Of a stretch of DNA of 64,000 nucleotides, positions 36,290 through 48,405 are shown piece after piece. This stretch comes from Camelus dromedarius (lineage: Eukaryota): contig NC_087436.1 of NCBI RefSeq assembly GCF_036321535.1, positions 117,678,001 through 117,742,000 of the forward strand, read 5' to 3'. The position numbers were made by a program, and so were the translations under genes. Below the pieces are notes generated by a model. That model saw only the letters and a list, made by a program, of their open reading frames with translations, ran no database searches and had not been told where the DNA came from. Position 1 is the stretch's first letter. The number at the start of each line of letters is the position of its first letter.

Positions 36290-36850
36290 AATTCATCTCA
36301 ACAAATATTTATGGAGTACCTTCTAAGTCCCGGCGCTGCGCCGGGCGGTGGGGAGACACAGACAACATCAGTGAGGGCTTCAGTTTTGTAAGTAATAATG
36401 AGCTTTTGACCGGGTGCCTGTTGGGCACTGTTCTAGGTGGCTGTGTACCCTGATATCCTAACAGGGCCCCAGGGGGGAGGCTCATGACAGAGGGGACACT
36501 AGAGGTACAGAGAAGACCAGGTGATTTGCCTACCCTCGTGCGTGCAGCTGGCACGTGGAAAGTCAGGGTTCATATCCAAGGAAGTTGGGGTCCAGAGTTC
36601 ATGCTCTTACCCACTGTCCTGGGCAACTGCCTCCGAGAGTTGCCATGCAGTGAGGTACATTCAGCGCTACGGGGTCAGCCCAGGGGCTGTAGAAGCCCCC
36701 TGGAGGGGGGCACAGTTGGGAGGTCCAGTGAAGGCTTCTTGGAGGGCCGTCCTTGCAGGGACTTGGAGCCAGGGCTGATGAAGGAGAGAGGGGACGAGTG
36801 AGCACAGTCCCCGAGCTTAGAAATGGAGATGTGTGTGCACACGTGGGTGG
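36290..36850 (-). mobile_element. L2 fragments with a nested MIR (about 36390-36620)
   Basis: attcatctcaacaaatatttatggagtacc, MIR-like middle, gaaggcttcttggagg. Confidence 0.5.
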
Positions 36851-37224
36851 AGCCACATCCCAGGCGAGGGAGCATCAAGAGACGAATCCAGAGAAGTGGG
36901 CCGGGGTCACCTTGGGGAGCAGCATGGACGCTCCCCTGAGGATCTTGGAGGTTCTCCCGCACATGAAGGAAGAGAGGCCTGGATCAGGGTTTTAAGGAGG
37001 AGAACGACACACAAGTCTGGAGTATTTCAGGACATGTCACCTGGCTATTCATTTCAGGACTGGGGAGAAAAAAGGAATATAGAGGGGGAAAAATATAAGA
37101 TACTCAAAATTCCATCCAGCCTGTTGTCTTCCTCTCTCATTAGATGTATTTGTATCCATTTCATCTTTCAGCCCCAAAGGGCTGAATCTTACCAGTTTTT
37201 TGCTGAGGGTAGGATGTTCCTGCT

Positions 37225-37450
37225 GCTAATAATATAAACGAACATTTCTAAATACTTCTTGGGCACCAAGCACCATTGCACATATTTTACATTTCAGCTC
37301 CTTGAATCCTTGCCAGGACTCGAGGAGGCAGGTGCTATTGGTATCCCCATTTTCAGATGGGAAAATCGGAGGTCCAGAGAGTTTCCTCAGCATTACGACC
37401 CTGTAAGAGGCTGAGCCTGGATCTGAACCCAGCAACTGGCTCTGTTATCT
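37225..37450 (-). mobile_element. MIR
   Basis: tatccccattttcagatgggaaaatcggaggtccagagag...ggatctgaacccag. Confidence 0.75.
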
Positions 37451-37515
37451 GGCTCCATCATCCTGCTATGAATGGGATTTCCCGACAGCAAGCCACACCA
37501 TTAATGGGCTTCAGG

Positions 37516-37890
37516 TGTGCTATGGATAAACTGCGTCCCCCCAGAATTCATGGGTTGAAGCCCTACCTGCCCCCCTGCAATGTGATGGTATTTAAAGATG
37601 GGGCCTTTGGGAGGTATATAGGACTGGATGAGGTCGTGAGGGTGGGGCCCATGTTGGGATTAGTGCCTTCATAAGCAGAAAAACAGAGAGCTTGTTCCCT
37701 TTCCATATCGTGTGAGGACACAGAGAGTAGGAAGCCATCTACAATCTAGGAAGAGAACCCGCACCAAGAAGCTGACTGTGCTGCCAGCCCAGCCATAGCC
37801 TTCCAGCCTCCAGAGCGGTGGGGAGCGAGGTCTGCTGCCTAAGCCTCCCAGGCTATGGCGTCTGCTATGGCGGCCTGAGGCAAGGCAGAA
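37516..37890 (+). mobile_element. MaLR LTR (MLT1A-like)
   Basis: tgctatggataaactgcgtccccccagaattcatgggttgaagccct...tgtgatggtatttaaagatggggcctttgggagg...ttccagcctccaga. Confidence 0.85.
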
Positions 37891-37999
37891 TGTGCCAGGA
37901 TACTGGGCCAAATTGCCCTTGGAAGGGCTGCACATGTACACCAGCTGGTTGCTTCTGGGTCGGGGTGGACCCCAGCGAGTCAGCCAGTACGATCTGTGT

Positions 38000-38175
38000 G
38001 GTTGTGACTGGGATCCAGCTCTGCCACTCACGGGCTCTGCATAACCTCAGGCATATCTGATGTCTCAGGACCTGTCTTCTCACCTGCAAAATGGGGGCAA
38101 TAATACCTCTCAGCATCGACGTGACATTTATGTGAGAGGCCGTAGTAAATTGGCTGGTGCCTGCTGAGCGGTTAA
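38000..38175 (+). mobile_element. MIR
   Basis: atccagctctgccactcac...tctcacctgcaaaatgggggcaataatacc. Confidence 0.65.
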
Positions 38176-39739
38176 TGATGGTGGGTGGAGCATTAACACA
38201 GAATAGTTTCATCAGTGCCTAGCTCAGGCACACCCTCAGCTCAAAAGCTCTCCCTGGCTGTCCCCCTCAGTCCCCTCTGTGACTCACACGAGCTGATGAT
38301 GGCTCCTTACATCAGGTTTGCGCTACTTGCTGACTGGTCCACCTGCCTTCCAGGTGCACAGGCAGATCCTTTTGGTACAAACTGCTTAGGGTAGTTGCAG
38401 AGGGATGGGAGGGGGGCAGTAGACATGTGTGAGGCGACAGAAGGAAGGAGGGAAGGTCATTTCAGCAAGAGGCACCCAGGGTGTCGAGGAGGAGAGGAAA
38501 GGAACGGGCAGTGGTGCTGGTTGCATGCGAGGAAGGTGCAGGTGGGGCTTTTAGGGTGCAGAGAGCTGGACACAACTCCCCCCTGCAGGGTTTTGAGCAA
38601 CAGGTGACTTGTTCAGATTTGCTAAAGTCTAGACGGGACCCCTGGCTGCAGGTGGCGATGCCCCAGTGTGGGTGAGCCTGCAGAGAAACAGGGACCCCGG
38701 CAGCGGGGGCGGGGGGCTGGCCATGACCTGCAGGCTGCGGGGTCCAAGCACAACTGTACAGTCAACTTACAAATTTCAGCTAGAGGATCTGGGTTGTTAA
38801 TGGCCTGACAGGAAGACAGTGTGGTCCCTGGACCCTCTCCAGAGACACGACCCTCCTCCCCAGCCCCAAAGTTGTGATGGGAAAGCCGATGCTGGAGTTA
38901 GGAGGCTTTCTTCCAGTTTTTTGTCCCATAATCACTAGGTTTGCTGATAAGCAGGGATTATTAATTAAAGGGATAAAGCGTGTGCTTCCAAGGGTGATTA
39001 CCCTTACTGTAAATCAGGCTTAATGGTGGCAGAAATTCATTAGGGATTCATTTCCTAATGATAACGAATTGGTTTGAGCAGATGTCAGACGCAGCCGTGA
39101 CTGTAATTCTAATTCCGGATGCTGGAAGTGGGAAGCGTCCAGGACCAGGAATCCCAGCGCCTGTCTCAGAACTTCGGGCCTTAGCAGTGCGTCCGGTGCT
39201 GGGCAGTCACTTGGATGTGGCCTTCTTCTGAAGGCCTCCGAGCCCTTGCTCTTGCAGGTCAGGGAAGACTTCCTAGGGAAGTGAAGTTCAAGAGAAGAGG
39301 TGTTGGGACCATTGTTGCAGGAAGTCTTCCCTGACTGCTCCAGGGCAGGGGCAGGGTCCCACTGGGCTCTTGAAGCTCTGAGCACATTTTGGTCCCCTGG
39401 GGGGCAGGCACTGGCTCAACTCCATCTCTGCATCCCTAGTGCCCGGCACATAGTCGGGCGCTCCAGGTGAGGACTGAATCAATGGATGATGAATGAGCAT
39501 AGCATGCAGGTGTTTTGCTGAAGGCATCCGCTGTGGCCAAACCTGCAGCAGACAGATTCTATTTGGAACTTGGGGGCCAGAGGGGAACCCCTGGGACAGA
39601 CAAGGTGGGGCCCCTGGTTGCCTGGAACATGGGGCCTCCCTGTGAGAACTTCCCCAAGGCACAAGGATGCCTGGACTAGGTAGGTCCTGTGGAATGCACA
39701 GGAGACCACGAGTCAGCAGAAGGCAAAGTCCCCACGCCC

Positions 39740-39886
39740 TCTGGTGACCCTTTATTTCCTCACCTGTAAACCGGGCTAAGTGATGATCACTGCGAGGAAT
39801 GCATGAACCAACACACGTCAAGCTCAAGTACTTAGCTCAGGGCTTGGCACCTGGTAGGCATTCAGCAAATATTAGCCATTATTATT
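39740..39886 (+). mobile_element. MIR 3' half
   Basis: tttcctcacctgtaaa...cttagctcagggcttggcacctggtaggcattcagcaaatattagccattatt. Confidence 0.7.

Positions 39887-39934
<48 letters not shown>
39887..39934. repeat. (ATG)16 microsatellite at a MIR tail
   Basis: Read directly from the sequence. Confidence 0.97.
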
Positions 39935-40539
39935 GTGTAGAGTGGATGAGGTAGAATGGCCAAACTTGTGGCCGGAAGGTGAGCAGCATGGTTTGTAAGT
40001 GGAGACCCACGCCCAGGGTGTAGACCAGGCCCCGGGAGGATGCAGCGAGGTGTGGATGGGAAGGGAAAAGAGGAGCGGAGAAGAAGTGGGGCTCAAGGGG
40101 GCCTGACCTGGGGAAGGGAAGGGAAGGGCAGGGCATGCTGAGTGAGCGGGGAGGAAGGACAGACAGATGGGGCTCAACTGCATAGCCCTCCAGGGCAGTG
40201 TGGTCAGGAAAATCACTCAGGGAATGAGAGAATCGTCCCCAGCGTGTCACACAGCCCTCTGTGTCTGCTGTCTCCAGCCAAGTGCTTGCCAGAGCGTTGG
40301 GCCTGGTTTGAGTCTCTTCTGGACGAGGATCTGAGGATCTGGGCTCAGAGAGGCTGAGCGAGCTGCCCCCGGACACTCAGCCAATACCCAGGCTTCCGTG
40401 CCACCCAGCCAGCTGGCCTCAAAGGAGGCGGGCTCTCTACAGACACTGGACCAACTATGAACATGACGGAAAGGAAGGTCTTTTCTGATACTGTATTTTG
40501 TTTTCAGGACCAGGAGTTACTGTTTGGGTCCTTGTGAAC

Positions 40540-41150
40540 TGCCAAGGCCTCTTGGGAATGTAACCTGTAAGAATCTATTAACGTTTAGAGACACACATTT
40601 CCTTCAATCCTGCAGTCCCACACGGGGAAGCTACCCTGCAGAAATGAAAACCCGAGAACGGAAGGCCATGAGAACAGGATGTTTACTGTCCCGTGTTTGC
40701 GGTGGCGAAAACCTGGAAGCAATTGGAAAGTCCATCGGGACTGGAAAGTTTGGGTAAGTTATGATACACATCATTTTGGAATACCAATCTTTTAAAAATT
40801 AGGTTTCTACATAGTTATCTGGAGTACGGTCCTTTATCTATTGTTAAGTAAAAAACCAACCCACCAGCAGACGAAAACTACAATTTGACCAGTAACGTGG
40901 CTTCTGCAATGGCGTAGACAATGAATGAGAAAGTCCTACATGTGCTTCTGTATGAGTCTGCCTGCTCCGCCTTAACAAAGCACCACAGCTGTGTGGCTTA
41001 AACCACAGACGTGGACTTTCTCATTGTTCTGGAAGCTAGACGTCTGAGATCAAGGTGCTGGCAAGGCTGGAGGCTGGGAGCACCTCGGTGTCTCTAGATT
41101 TTGGGTGATTGCACATCACTATTAGGGGATGAGACTGGAAGGGGATGGGG
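40540..41150 (+). mobile_element. Old L1ME-like 3' fragments with a MaLR fragment (about 40947-41075, minus strand)
   Basis: aaaacctggaagcaattggaaagtccatc and taacaaagcaccacagctgtgtggcttaaaccacagac...gagatcaaggtgctggcaagg. Confidence 0.5.
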
Positions 41151-41229
41151 GCCAGGTTGTGTAGACCCTTTCACTAAAAAAAAGACCCAGAGAGAGGACA
41201 CATGGATAACCCTTCTGAGAGCCTTCCAC

Positions 41230-41400
41230 ATTTTACCTCAATGAGTCCGTACAGTGGGGTGAACTAGCATTATGGCCATAGTACAGATGAGAAAATTGAG
41301 GTATAGAAAGGTTAAGTAACTTCCTAGAAGTGGCCCGGCTGGTTAGCTGTAGAATGAAAATTTCAGCCCAGGCAGACATGTTCCAGAGGCTCTTGGCCCA
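41230..41400 (-). mobile_element. MIR
   Basis: tacagatgagaaaattgaggtatagaaaggttaagtaacttcctag. Confidence 0.75.
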
Positions 41401-43639
41401 ACTGCCTCTGTACTGAAGAGTCTGCACTGTTCTCAGGGATAACCTTGACCTGGGTTTTTAAGACCCATGACAGCAGCTGCTGCATCTTCTGTATTTGGTG
41501 GCATCCTAGTACCTCGTCTGAGCCTGACACCTGGCAGAGACAGGCTTCATTCATCAGACTTGGAAGGATGAATGAACTTTGGGCTACAGGACGGGGGTGC
41601 TCTGCCCATTTAACAGATGAGGAAACTGAGGTTTGGGATGATTATCCACCCAGGTCATCTGGGTGATTCCACACCAGGGATTTCTTCCCTTCGCCTCTGC
41701 TGCCTTACAGGCCTCACAGCAACCCTCTAACAGCAGGGGGTTATGCCCTTTCCAGGTGGGGAAACTGAGAGCTTGAGAAGTCAGGCGGCTGCCCGACATC
41801 TCAGGGTAAGCAGAAGCAGAGAATGCACCAGTTCAGGGCTCTGGGCCTCACCTTATCCCTCAGGGGCACGTTGTTCTCATGATACATCTGGATGTGGTTG
41901 GCAAGGGCCCCTCACACAGAGGGTTTTCTTTCCGAGGGCCTTTTTATAGACTTGTAATGAAATTTGCTTGTGCTTTGCAGATCCCAGTTTGCTGCTGTGA
42001 AGATAATTCCTTCTCCAACCAGAAGGCAGAGGCTTTTTCTGTTTGTTTTCCTACCAGCAGTAGAGACAGGTGTACGTCTCTTAGACATCTTCATTGCTGC
42101 TTGAAAATGAATCATTCCACAGCGGGGCGGGGGTGGGGCGGATAGCAATGGTAGCGGGAGAAATATTGTGCTGTGTTTCTGCTGTGATCTCATGGAATGC
42201 TCCTGACATCTCTGCTGGAGAGATATTATTCTCCCCTGTTGACTGAAGAAGAGACAGGTTCAGAGAGGATATGGCTCCTGCCCAAGGGCAGATGCTAAGT
42301 AAGTGACAGCGGCAAGACTTGCTGTTTGAATATATCTTGGCTCTTGCCCTCCTTCGCTGTTTTCTGCACGGCCCCTGCCTGAGTCCAGGATTCTTGCCAT
42401 CTTTCTTCTGGACTGTTTCACATCCTAGGCTCTGGACCTCAAATCTTGCCCCTTCTCCTTGCTGCCTCCACATATTCCTAAACTACAAACTTCTTTAGCC
42501 ATTCCCCTGCTTAAAAGACCAATGAGTCCCCACTGGCCTCAGGAGAAAACTCAGTTCCTCAGCTACATCTCTCCTCCAATTGGAACAATTTTTAGAATGA
42601 GATTTCATAGGAGCCATCCTTTTAGAGACACGACTTTATGACGAAACAGAGACCAGTCTAATACTAACGAGTGGAGTGGGGGGCAGATTTACTCACCACT
42701 CCTCTAACAGGTAAGAAAATGAAGCTTCTGTATTTTCCATAAATGATCTAACCTGTGCTGCGGGGTAACCGCAGAAAGAAGAGAGGGACCTACAGTCTCA
42801 GTCTCTTCCACCATTACTAGTCTCCTTAAGGGTAACAGAGTCTCTTTCAGGTATGTGCTCAGACTTTTCAGCCTCTTCCTTTCTTGGCTTCTGCAAGGAT
42901 TAGGGGTGGGCCTCCATGACCCGATGGAGGCAGGTGGTTGGGCTGTCCCCTGGGCCTTCTTGGCTCTTTAGTGGCGGGTCCAGTATGGGCTGATCTGGTC
43001 CCTGGGCCCCTGTGTGGGATCCACTGAGGGTCAGCTGACCTCCGGGGTATTATCTGGGTGCTCACTGCAAATAGTCTTTCTCATGTGCTTCTGCTCTCAG
43101 TCTCTGCAGCATGTGGCCCCTTCCTTCCGACTTGAGCCTCCTCTGGTCCCCTCATCCTTTTTGTACCTCACCAAGGTATTTGGGAACCTCTGGGTTCTCT
43201 GTCAATCTTGGACAATGAGCAGTGCTTCCTTAAGGTCATGTGTCTAGACATGTCCTCTGTCGATGCTTCCCTGTTGCCCTTGACCACCAGGTTGGTTGCT
43301 GGACCAAAAGTAAGGTGCAGCTTCTCCCAGAGAATTGCAGCCTCCTCTGGGTCTGCCTGGGCAAGCAGGTCAGGAACCCGAAGCTCTCCAGTTCCTCCAA
43401 ATTGTGTGGACATTTCTACGTCAAGGTCATGGGCACATCACTTCTCTGTCCCCCCTCCTTCTCCCTCCTCTTTGAGATCCAGATGGATTTTATTTCACTC
43501 TCCTTCCTGTCTAGTAGGAACTTCCCTCTGCCAAGCCCTCTTCATTCCAAGGTGGCATTCTCATTCTCCTATTTCCTGGGACCCTAGAGCAGAGTGGCTA
43601 ACAGAAAATGAGATTCATTGTAAGGTAGAGGAGATGAAA

Positions 43640-44060
43640 ATAGATATCTGCATAATTTATTCAAATATTATTCATGTTATGGTAAATGAAATGAACCTTT
43701 GGGCTTCTTAGTAGCCCTGTAAGTCTTAAAGATAAGGGAATGGGCTTAGAGAGGTGAGGTGATTTCTCAAAGTCACATGGAGAATTGGTGAAGAGTCTGA
43801 ATTCAACCCTGGGACCCTGACTCCCAGGTCAATGCTTATTCCATTAGCCAGTGACAAAGAGATATAGGGTGTCATGGAGGACACAGACTCTGGAGTCGGA
43901 CAGACCTAGGTATGAATTCTGGTCCCCCCATTCTGGTAAATGACCTTGGGGAACTTACTTAACTTCACTAAGCCTGTTTCTTCAGTCTAAAATTGATGGT
44001 ATTAATTCTTAACTTACAGTTTTGTTGACACAAATAAAAAAATGATGTAACATACAGGCT
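43640..44060. mobile_element. Two head-to-head MIR copies (minus about 43640-43850, plus about 43870-44060)
   Basis: agagaggtgaggtgatttctcaaagtcaca..ctgactcccagg, then cacagactctggagtcggacagacctagg..tgaccttggggaacttacttaac. Confidence 0.65.
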
Positions 44061-44064
44061 ACAT

Positions 44065-46025
44065 GAGTATTTAGGATGCATTTGGCTACAAGTAAAAGAA
44101 TACCCTCCTCAACTGGCTTAATCAATAATTAACTTATTATCTCACATGAAGGGGAGTCTGGGGATAGGGTTGTACCAGGTTGGCTAATTCAGCAGTTCAA
44201 TAATGTCAGCAAGGACTGGGTTCTCTCCATCTTGCCTCTTTGCCAACCATCCTCAGTGCTTTCACTTGCTCTCCTCATGGTTGCAAGATGGCTGCTGCTG
44301 TTCCAGACATCAGACTTTCACATGTCCAGAGGCAGAGGAAGGACATTTTTTCTTCCCTGTGTATGTCTTTGGAAGAGTAAGGAAATCTTTCCCAGATGCT
44401 CTCCATCAGTCTTCCATTTATGTTTCATCTGCCAGAACAGATCACACATTACTCTGAGTACTTACAGCTGCATATGAAATCATCTCAAAATTTAGTGACT
44501 TATGAACACAACAATCATTCATTTGGCTTACAAATCTGCATTTTGGGAAGGGCAACTTGACTTTGCTCCATGCATAAGCTGGGGTGGCTCCACTGGGGGG
44601 GGGGGGTAGAGAATCCAGCTTCAAGATAGCTCCTTCACACAGCTGGCAAGTTGGTGCTGGCTCTTGGCTGGGAGCTCATTTGGGGCTGTGGACCAGGGAC
44701 CTTGGTTCCTCTCCGTGTAGACCTCTCCATGGGTTGCTTGGGTGTCCTCACAGTGTGGTGGCTGCGTTCTGAGAATGAGCATCCCAAGACAACCAGGTGG
44801 AAACTCTATTACCAATGACTTAGCCTTAGAAGTCACATTTCTAGACAACCTATGGAATGGGAGAAAACATTTGCAAATGATGCGACTGACAAGGGCTTAA
44901 TTTCCAAAATATACAAACAGCTTATACAGCTCAATATAAAAACAAAACAGAAAAAGTGACAACTAAACAACCCAATCAGAAATGGGCAGAAGACCTAAAT
45001 AGACATTTCTCTAAAGAAAACAGACAAATGGCTAAAAAGCATATGAAAAGATGTTCAACATCACTAATTACTAGAGAAATGCAAATCAAAACTACAGTGA
45101 GGTACCCCCTCACACTGATCAGAATGGCCATCACCAAAATACCTACAAATAATAAATGCTGGAGGGGGTGTGGGGAAAAGGGAACCCTCCTACACTGTTG
45201 GTGGGAATGTAAATTGGTGCAGCCACTATGGAAAACAGTGTGGAGATTCCTTAAAAAACTAAAAATAGACTTACCATATGATCCAGCAATCCCACTCCTA
45301 GGCATGTTGTCTCCAGAAAAGGCAAAAACTCTAATTCAAAAAGATAATACATGTACCCTAATATTCACAGTGGCACTTTTACAATAGCCAAGACATAGAA
45401 GCAACCCAAATGTCCATCAACAGATGACTTGATAAAGAAGATGAAAAAGATAAAGATAAAAAAGAATGAAGTAATGCCATTTGCAGCAACATGGATGGAC
45501 CTAGAGATTATCATTCTAAGTGAAATATGTCAGATAGAAAAAGACAAATATCATGATACCACTTATATGTGGAATCTAAAAAATGATAGAAATGAACTTA
45601 TTTACAAAACAGAAATAGACTCATAGACATAGAAAACAAATTTACGGTTACCAAAAGGGAAAGTAGGGAATGGATAAGTTGGGAGTTTAGGATTAACAGA
45701 TACACACTACTATATATAAAAGAGATAAGCAACAAGGACCTACTGTATAGCACAGGGAACTATATTCAATATCTTGTAATAACCTATAATGGATAAGAAT
45801 CTGAAAAAGAATATATATATAATATATAACTGAATCGTTTTGCTGTATACCTGAAAATCATAAAGCAACTATTTTTCTGCCACAGACATGATCCCACCCA
45901 AATTCAGAGGCAGGGTACCCAGACCCCTGCCTGTCAATGGGAAGAGGGTCAAAATCATATAATTGGAAGAGCATGTCGGGTAGGTAGACACTAGCGCAGC
46001 CCTCTTTGGAAAATGCAGTTTGCCT
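44065..46025 (-). mobile_element. Nested MaLR LTRs (MLT1K/L-like about 44065-44455; MLT1F-like about 44455-44840 and 45875-46025) interrupted by a young L1
   Basis: cctcatggttgcaagatggctgctgctgttccagacatca, cttcacacagctggcaagttggtgctggc, gacttagccttagaagtcaca. Confidence 0.7.
44843..45872 (+). mobile_element. Young L1 fragment: ORF2 C-terminal cysteine-rich domain and 3' UTR
   Basis: ORF 44956..45387 reads [58 protein letters not shown]. Frameshifted downstream and no poly(A). Confidence 0.95.
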
Positions 46026-47099
46026 CACGTGCTTACCTATTAAGTAGTCAGTAACAAGAGGATGAGATCGCCAAGCTGGGCTCAGAACTATCTGGATTTG
46101 TTAGCGTAGTGATGCAGCAAGGCCTCGGCTGATATGGAAGAAACGGGAACCTGCAGTTAGCTAGGCAACCCTAAGTATTGCATTGAGGGCAGCTCGACAA
46201 ATGATAAGCTTATTGTCATCAGGTATCTAGTTCTAAGACCAAGAATCCTGTGTGCAGCTCCCCAGAGCAGAATGTCCTCCAGAAAGAGTTTCCCCAGGCA
46301 GTTGTACGAGCCAAGCTGACTTTTCTCCCGAAGCTCCCTGCCCCGTTATGAGCTACCTTCATGGCTTGGCTCTCCCTCTTGACTGAAGGGCTAACATTTT
46401 ATTGGTATGGAACATTCCAGCAGGGCAAATAGTGGTGAGGGGAGCCTTTTCTGAGGCAAACTCTGCCATTGTTTCTTCATGCTTGTCTATTTCCTCGTAG
46501 CTGTTTTCGGGTGTTAGAAAATTGGATTAAGCTTCAATCGCATTTTCCCCTAAACACAAAAGTCCAAAATTAGTAGCACATTTCCAACAGACCTCACTTA
46601 AAGCCACATCAAATTAACTAGACTCGTTTAAAAATGGTCCTGTATATATTGCACAGCTTGGATTGGAAAGGTTTATGAAGTGAGGTATGTTTGTAAATAC
46701 TGGAAAGCTCAAAATTGTTTTGACCTTGTGATATTTGAACCATATTCTTGTAAATTGCATTCAACTTGGAATTGACATCCTGTGGATTTACAGCCCTTTT
46801 TCCCTCTACATATTGCTTTGGAATTTTATTACAAGCTCGTTTGATGATATTTTGTTTTTAGAAACCTTGATGTTATCCAAAGTTGCATAAGATCAAAGGA
46901 TGTTGATACCTCCTTTGAGAGCTCCTATTCAGCCCTCAGAACCCTCTCATCTTAGGGATGAGGAAACTGAGGCTCAAGGAGGTGAAATTAAGCCACGTAG
47001 AGTGTGGGGGTCTGGGCTAAGAGTTGAATTCAAGGCTCCCGAATGTACATGGGGTATATTTTGGACTGGAATGAATCTGTATGTTGAAGGGACAGAGGT

Positions 47100-47260
47100 G
47101 GCCTGAACTCAAAGCCAAGCTACCTCCCTTAGCAACTGTGTGACCTTGGTTACATTGCTAACCTCTCTGAGCCTTGGCTCCCCCTGCACCTATGAGGTGG
47201 GGATGTGTGTCCTTATCTCAGGGTGGTTGCAAGCGTTCAGTGTTCCTTGTCTAGTGCATA
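47100..47260 (+). mobile_element. MIR
   Basis: cttagcaactgtgtgaccttgg..aacctctctgagcct...tatctcagggtggttg. Confidence 0.65.
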
Positions 47261-47884
47261 TTCTGCTAAAACAGTCTCAGGGGTGAGGAGATGTAGGGAG
47301 AGTGAACCCAGTGGCCTTGGGGGAGGAGGTGGTCCCAGGGGGCTGAGAAGAAGGGAGAGATCCTAAAAGATGGTGCCACCTGGGGGCTGCAACTCAGGCA
47401 GGGGAGCCCTGGCTGGCAGGGAGAGGAGAGGGTGCCCTTTGAGCCTTTGCCACGAGAAAGCTTTGGCCACCTAATCACTTCTCAAGCCTCGACTCCAACA
47501 TCATTTCCTTTGACATCTCATCCTTCTCTCCTCTGTGCCCCTTGAGCTCTGAGCTCTGACTTAGGGACGGTGTTTGGCTCCCTGTCACTGAGATGTCACT
47601 AGAGGGGCTGAACCGAGAAGAAGTTCATGTCTTTTTGTTCCACAAGGAGTCTCAACATGGGCAGTTGTGGTGGGTACAGCAGCCCCGTGATGTTCCCAGG
47701 ACCGTGGCTCCTTCTGCTTCACCATCTCTAGCATGTGGATCATTCACATGCTTACTCCCTGGTTCCAGGATGAGTGTTCCACCCCAAATCTCCCACCTGA
47801 GTTCCAAGAAATGGAAGCCAGAAGCCGCAGTAGAGAAGGATGTACAGGCTTTCCTAGGAATCCTAGCAAGCTCTGCTTACGTGC

Positions 47885-48405
47885 ACTGGTAGATTAAAGA
47901 TGGCCATGAATTCTTTGCCACTCCTGTCATTGAGGGGTGGAGTCTCTGTGCTGTCACCTTGAATACGAGGGGGCTCAGGGACTGCTTGAGCAGTAGACTG
48001 CAGCAGGAGTGGTGCTGAGCTGGTTTTCCAGAGCGAGGCTGTGAGGAAGAGGCAGCCTCTGGTTCCTATCTCTTTCTTTTGGACTCTTCTCTCTCAGAAC
48101 CAGGTAGCCATGATGGGAGGAAGCCCACGTCACCCTGTGGAGAAGCCCACGTGGAGAGGAACTGAAGCCCCCAGCCTACAGCCAGCGCCAACCAGCCAGC
48201 CATGTGTGCACGTGCCATCTTGGAAACGGATCCCCCAGGCCCAGCTGAGCTGCCCCGCTGACACCACTGCAGAGGAAAGATGAGCCCTGCCCACATTCGG
48301 ATTATAAAGGAACTAGATAATGGTTGCTGAGCTAAGTCACCAGGTTTGGGTTGGTTGGTTATTTATTTATTTATTTATTTAGCACTGCAATAGATCATCA
48401 GAACA
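47885..48405 (+). mobile_element. MaLR LTR (MLT1F/G/H-like) nested in an older MaLR fragment
   Basis: tggtagattaaagatggccatgaattctttgccactcc...agaagcccacgtggagaggaactgaagccccc...gcaatagatcatcagaaca. Confidence 0.75.

Noticed and set aside
39288..39827. Longest ORF in the track (179 aa)
   Set aside because: It overlaps L2 and MIR fragments and has no recognisable domain.
39872..40376. ORFs ending in poly-His or poly-Ser
   Set aside because: The homopolymers are translations of the (ATG)16 microsatellite at a MIR tail.
43208..43711. 167-aa ORF
   Set aside because: It has a non-ATG start, is Ser-rich, runs into a MIR, and shows no recognisable homology.
44956..45626. 143-aa ORF with a Cys/His motif as a possible host gene
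   Set aside because: It is the L1 ORF2 C-terminus, 5'-truncated, frameshifted and internally deleted.
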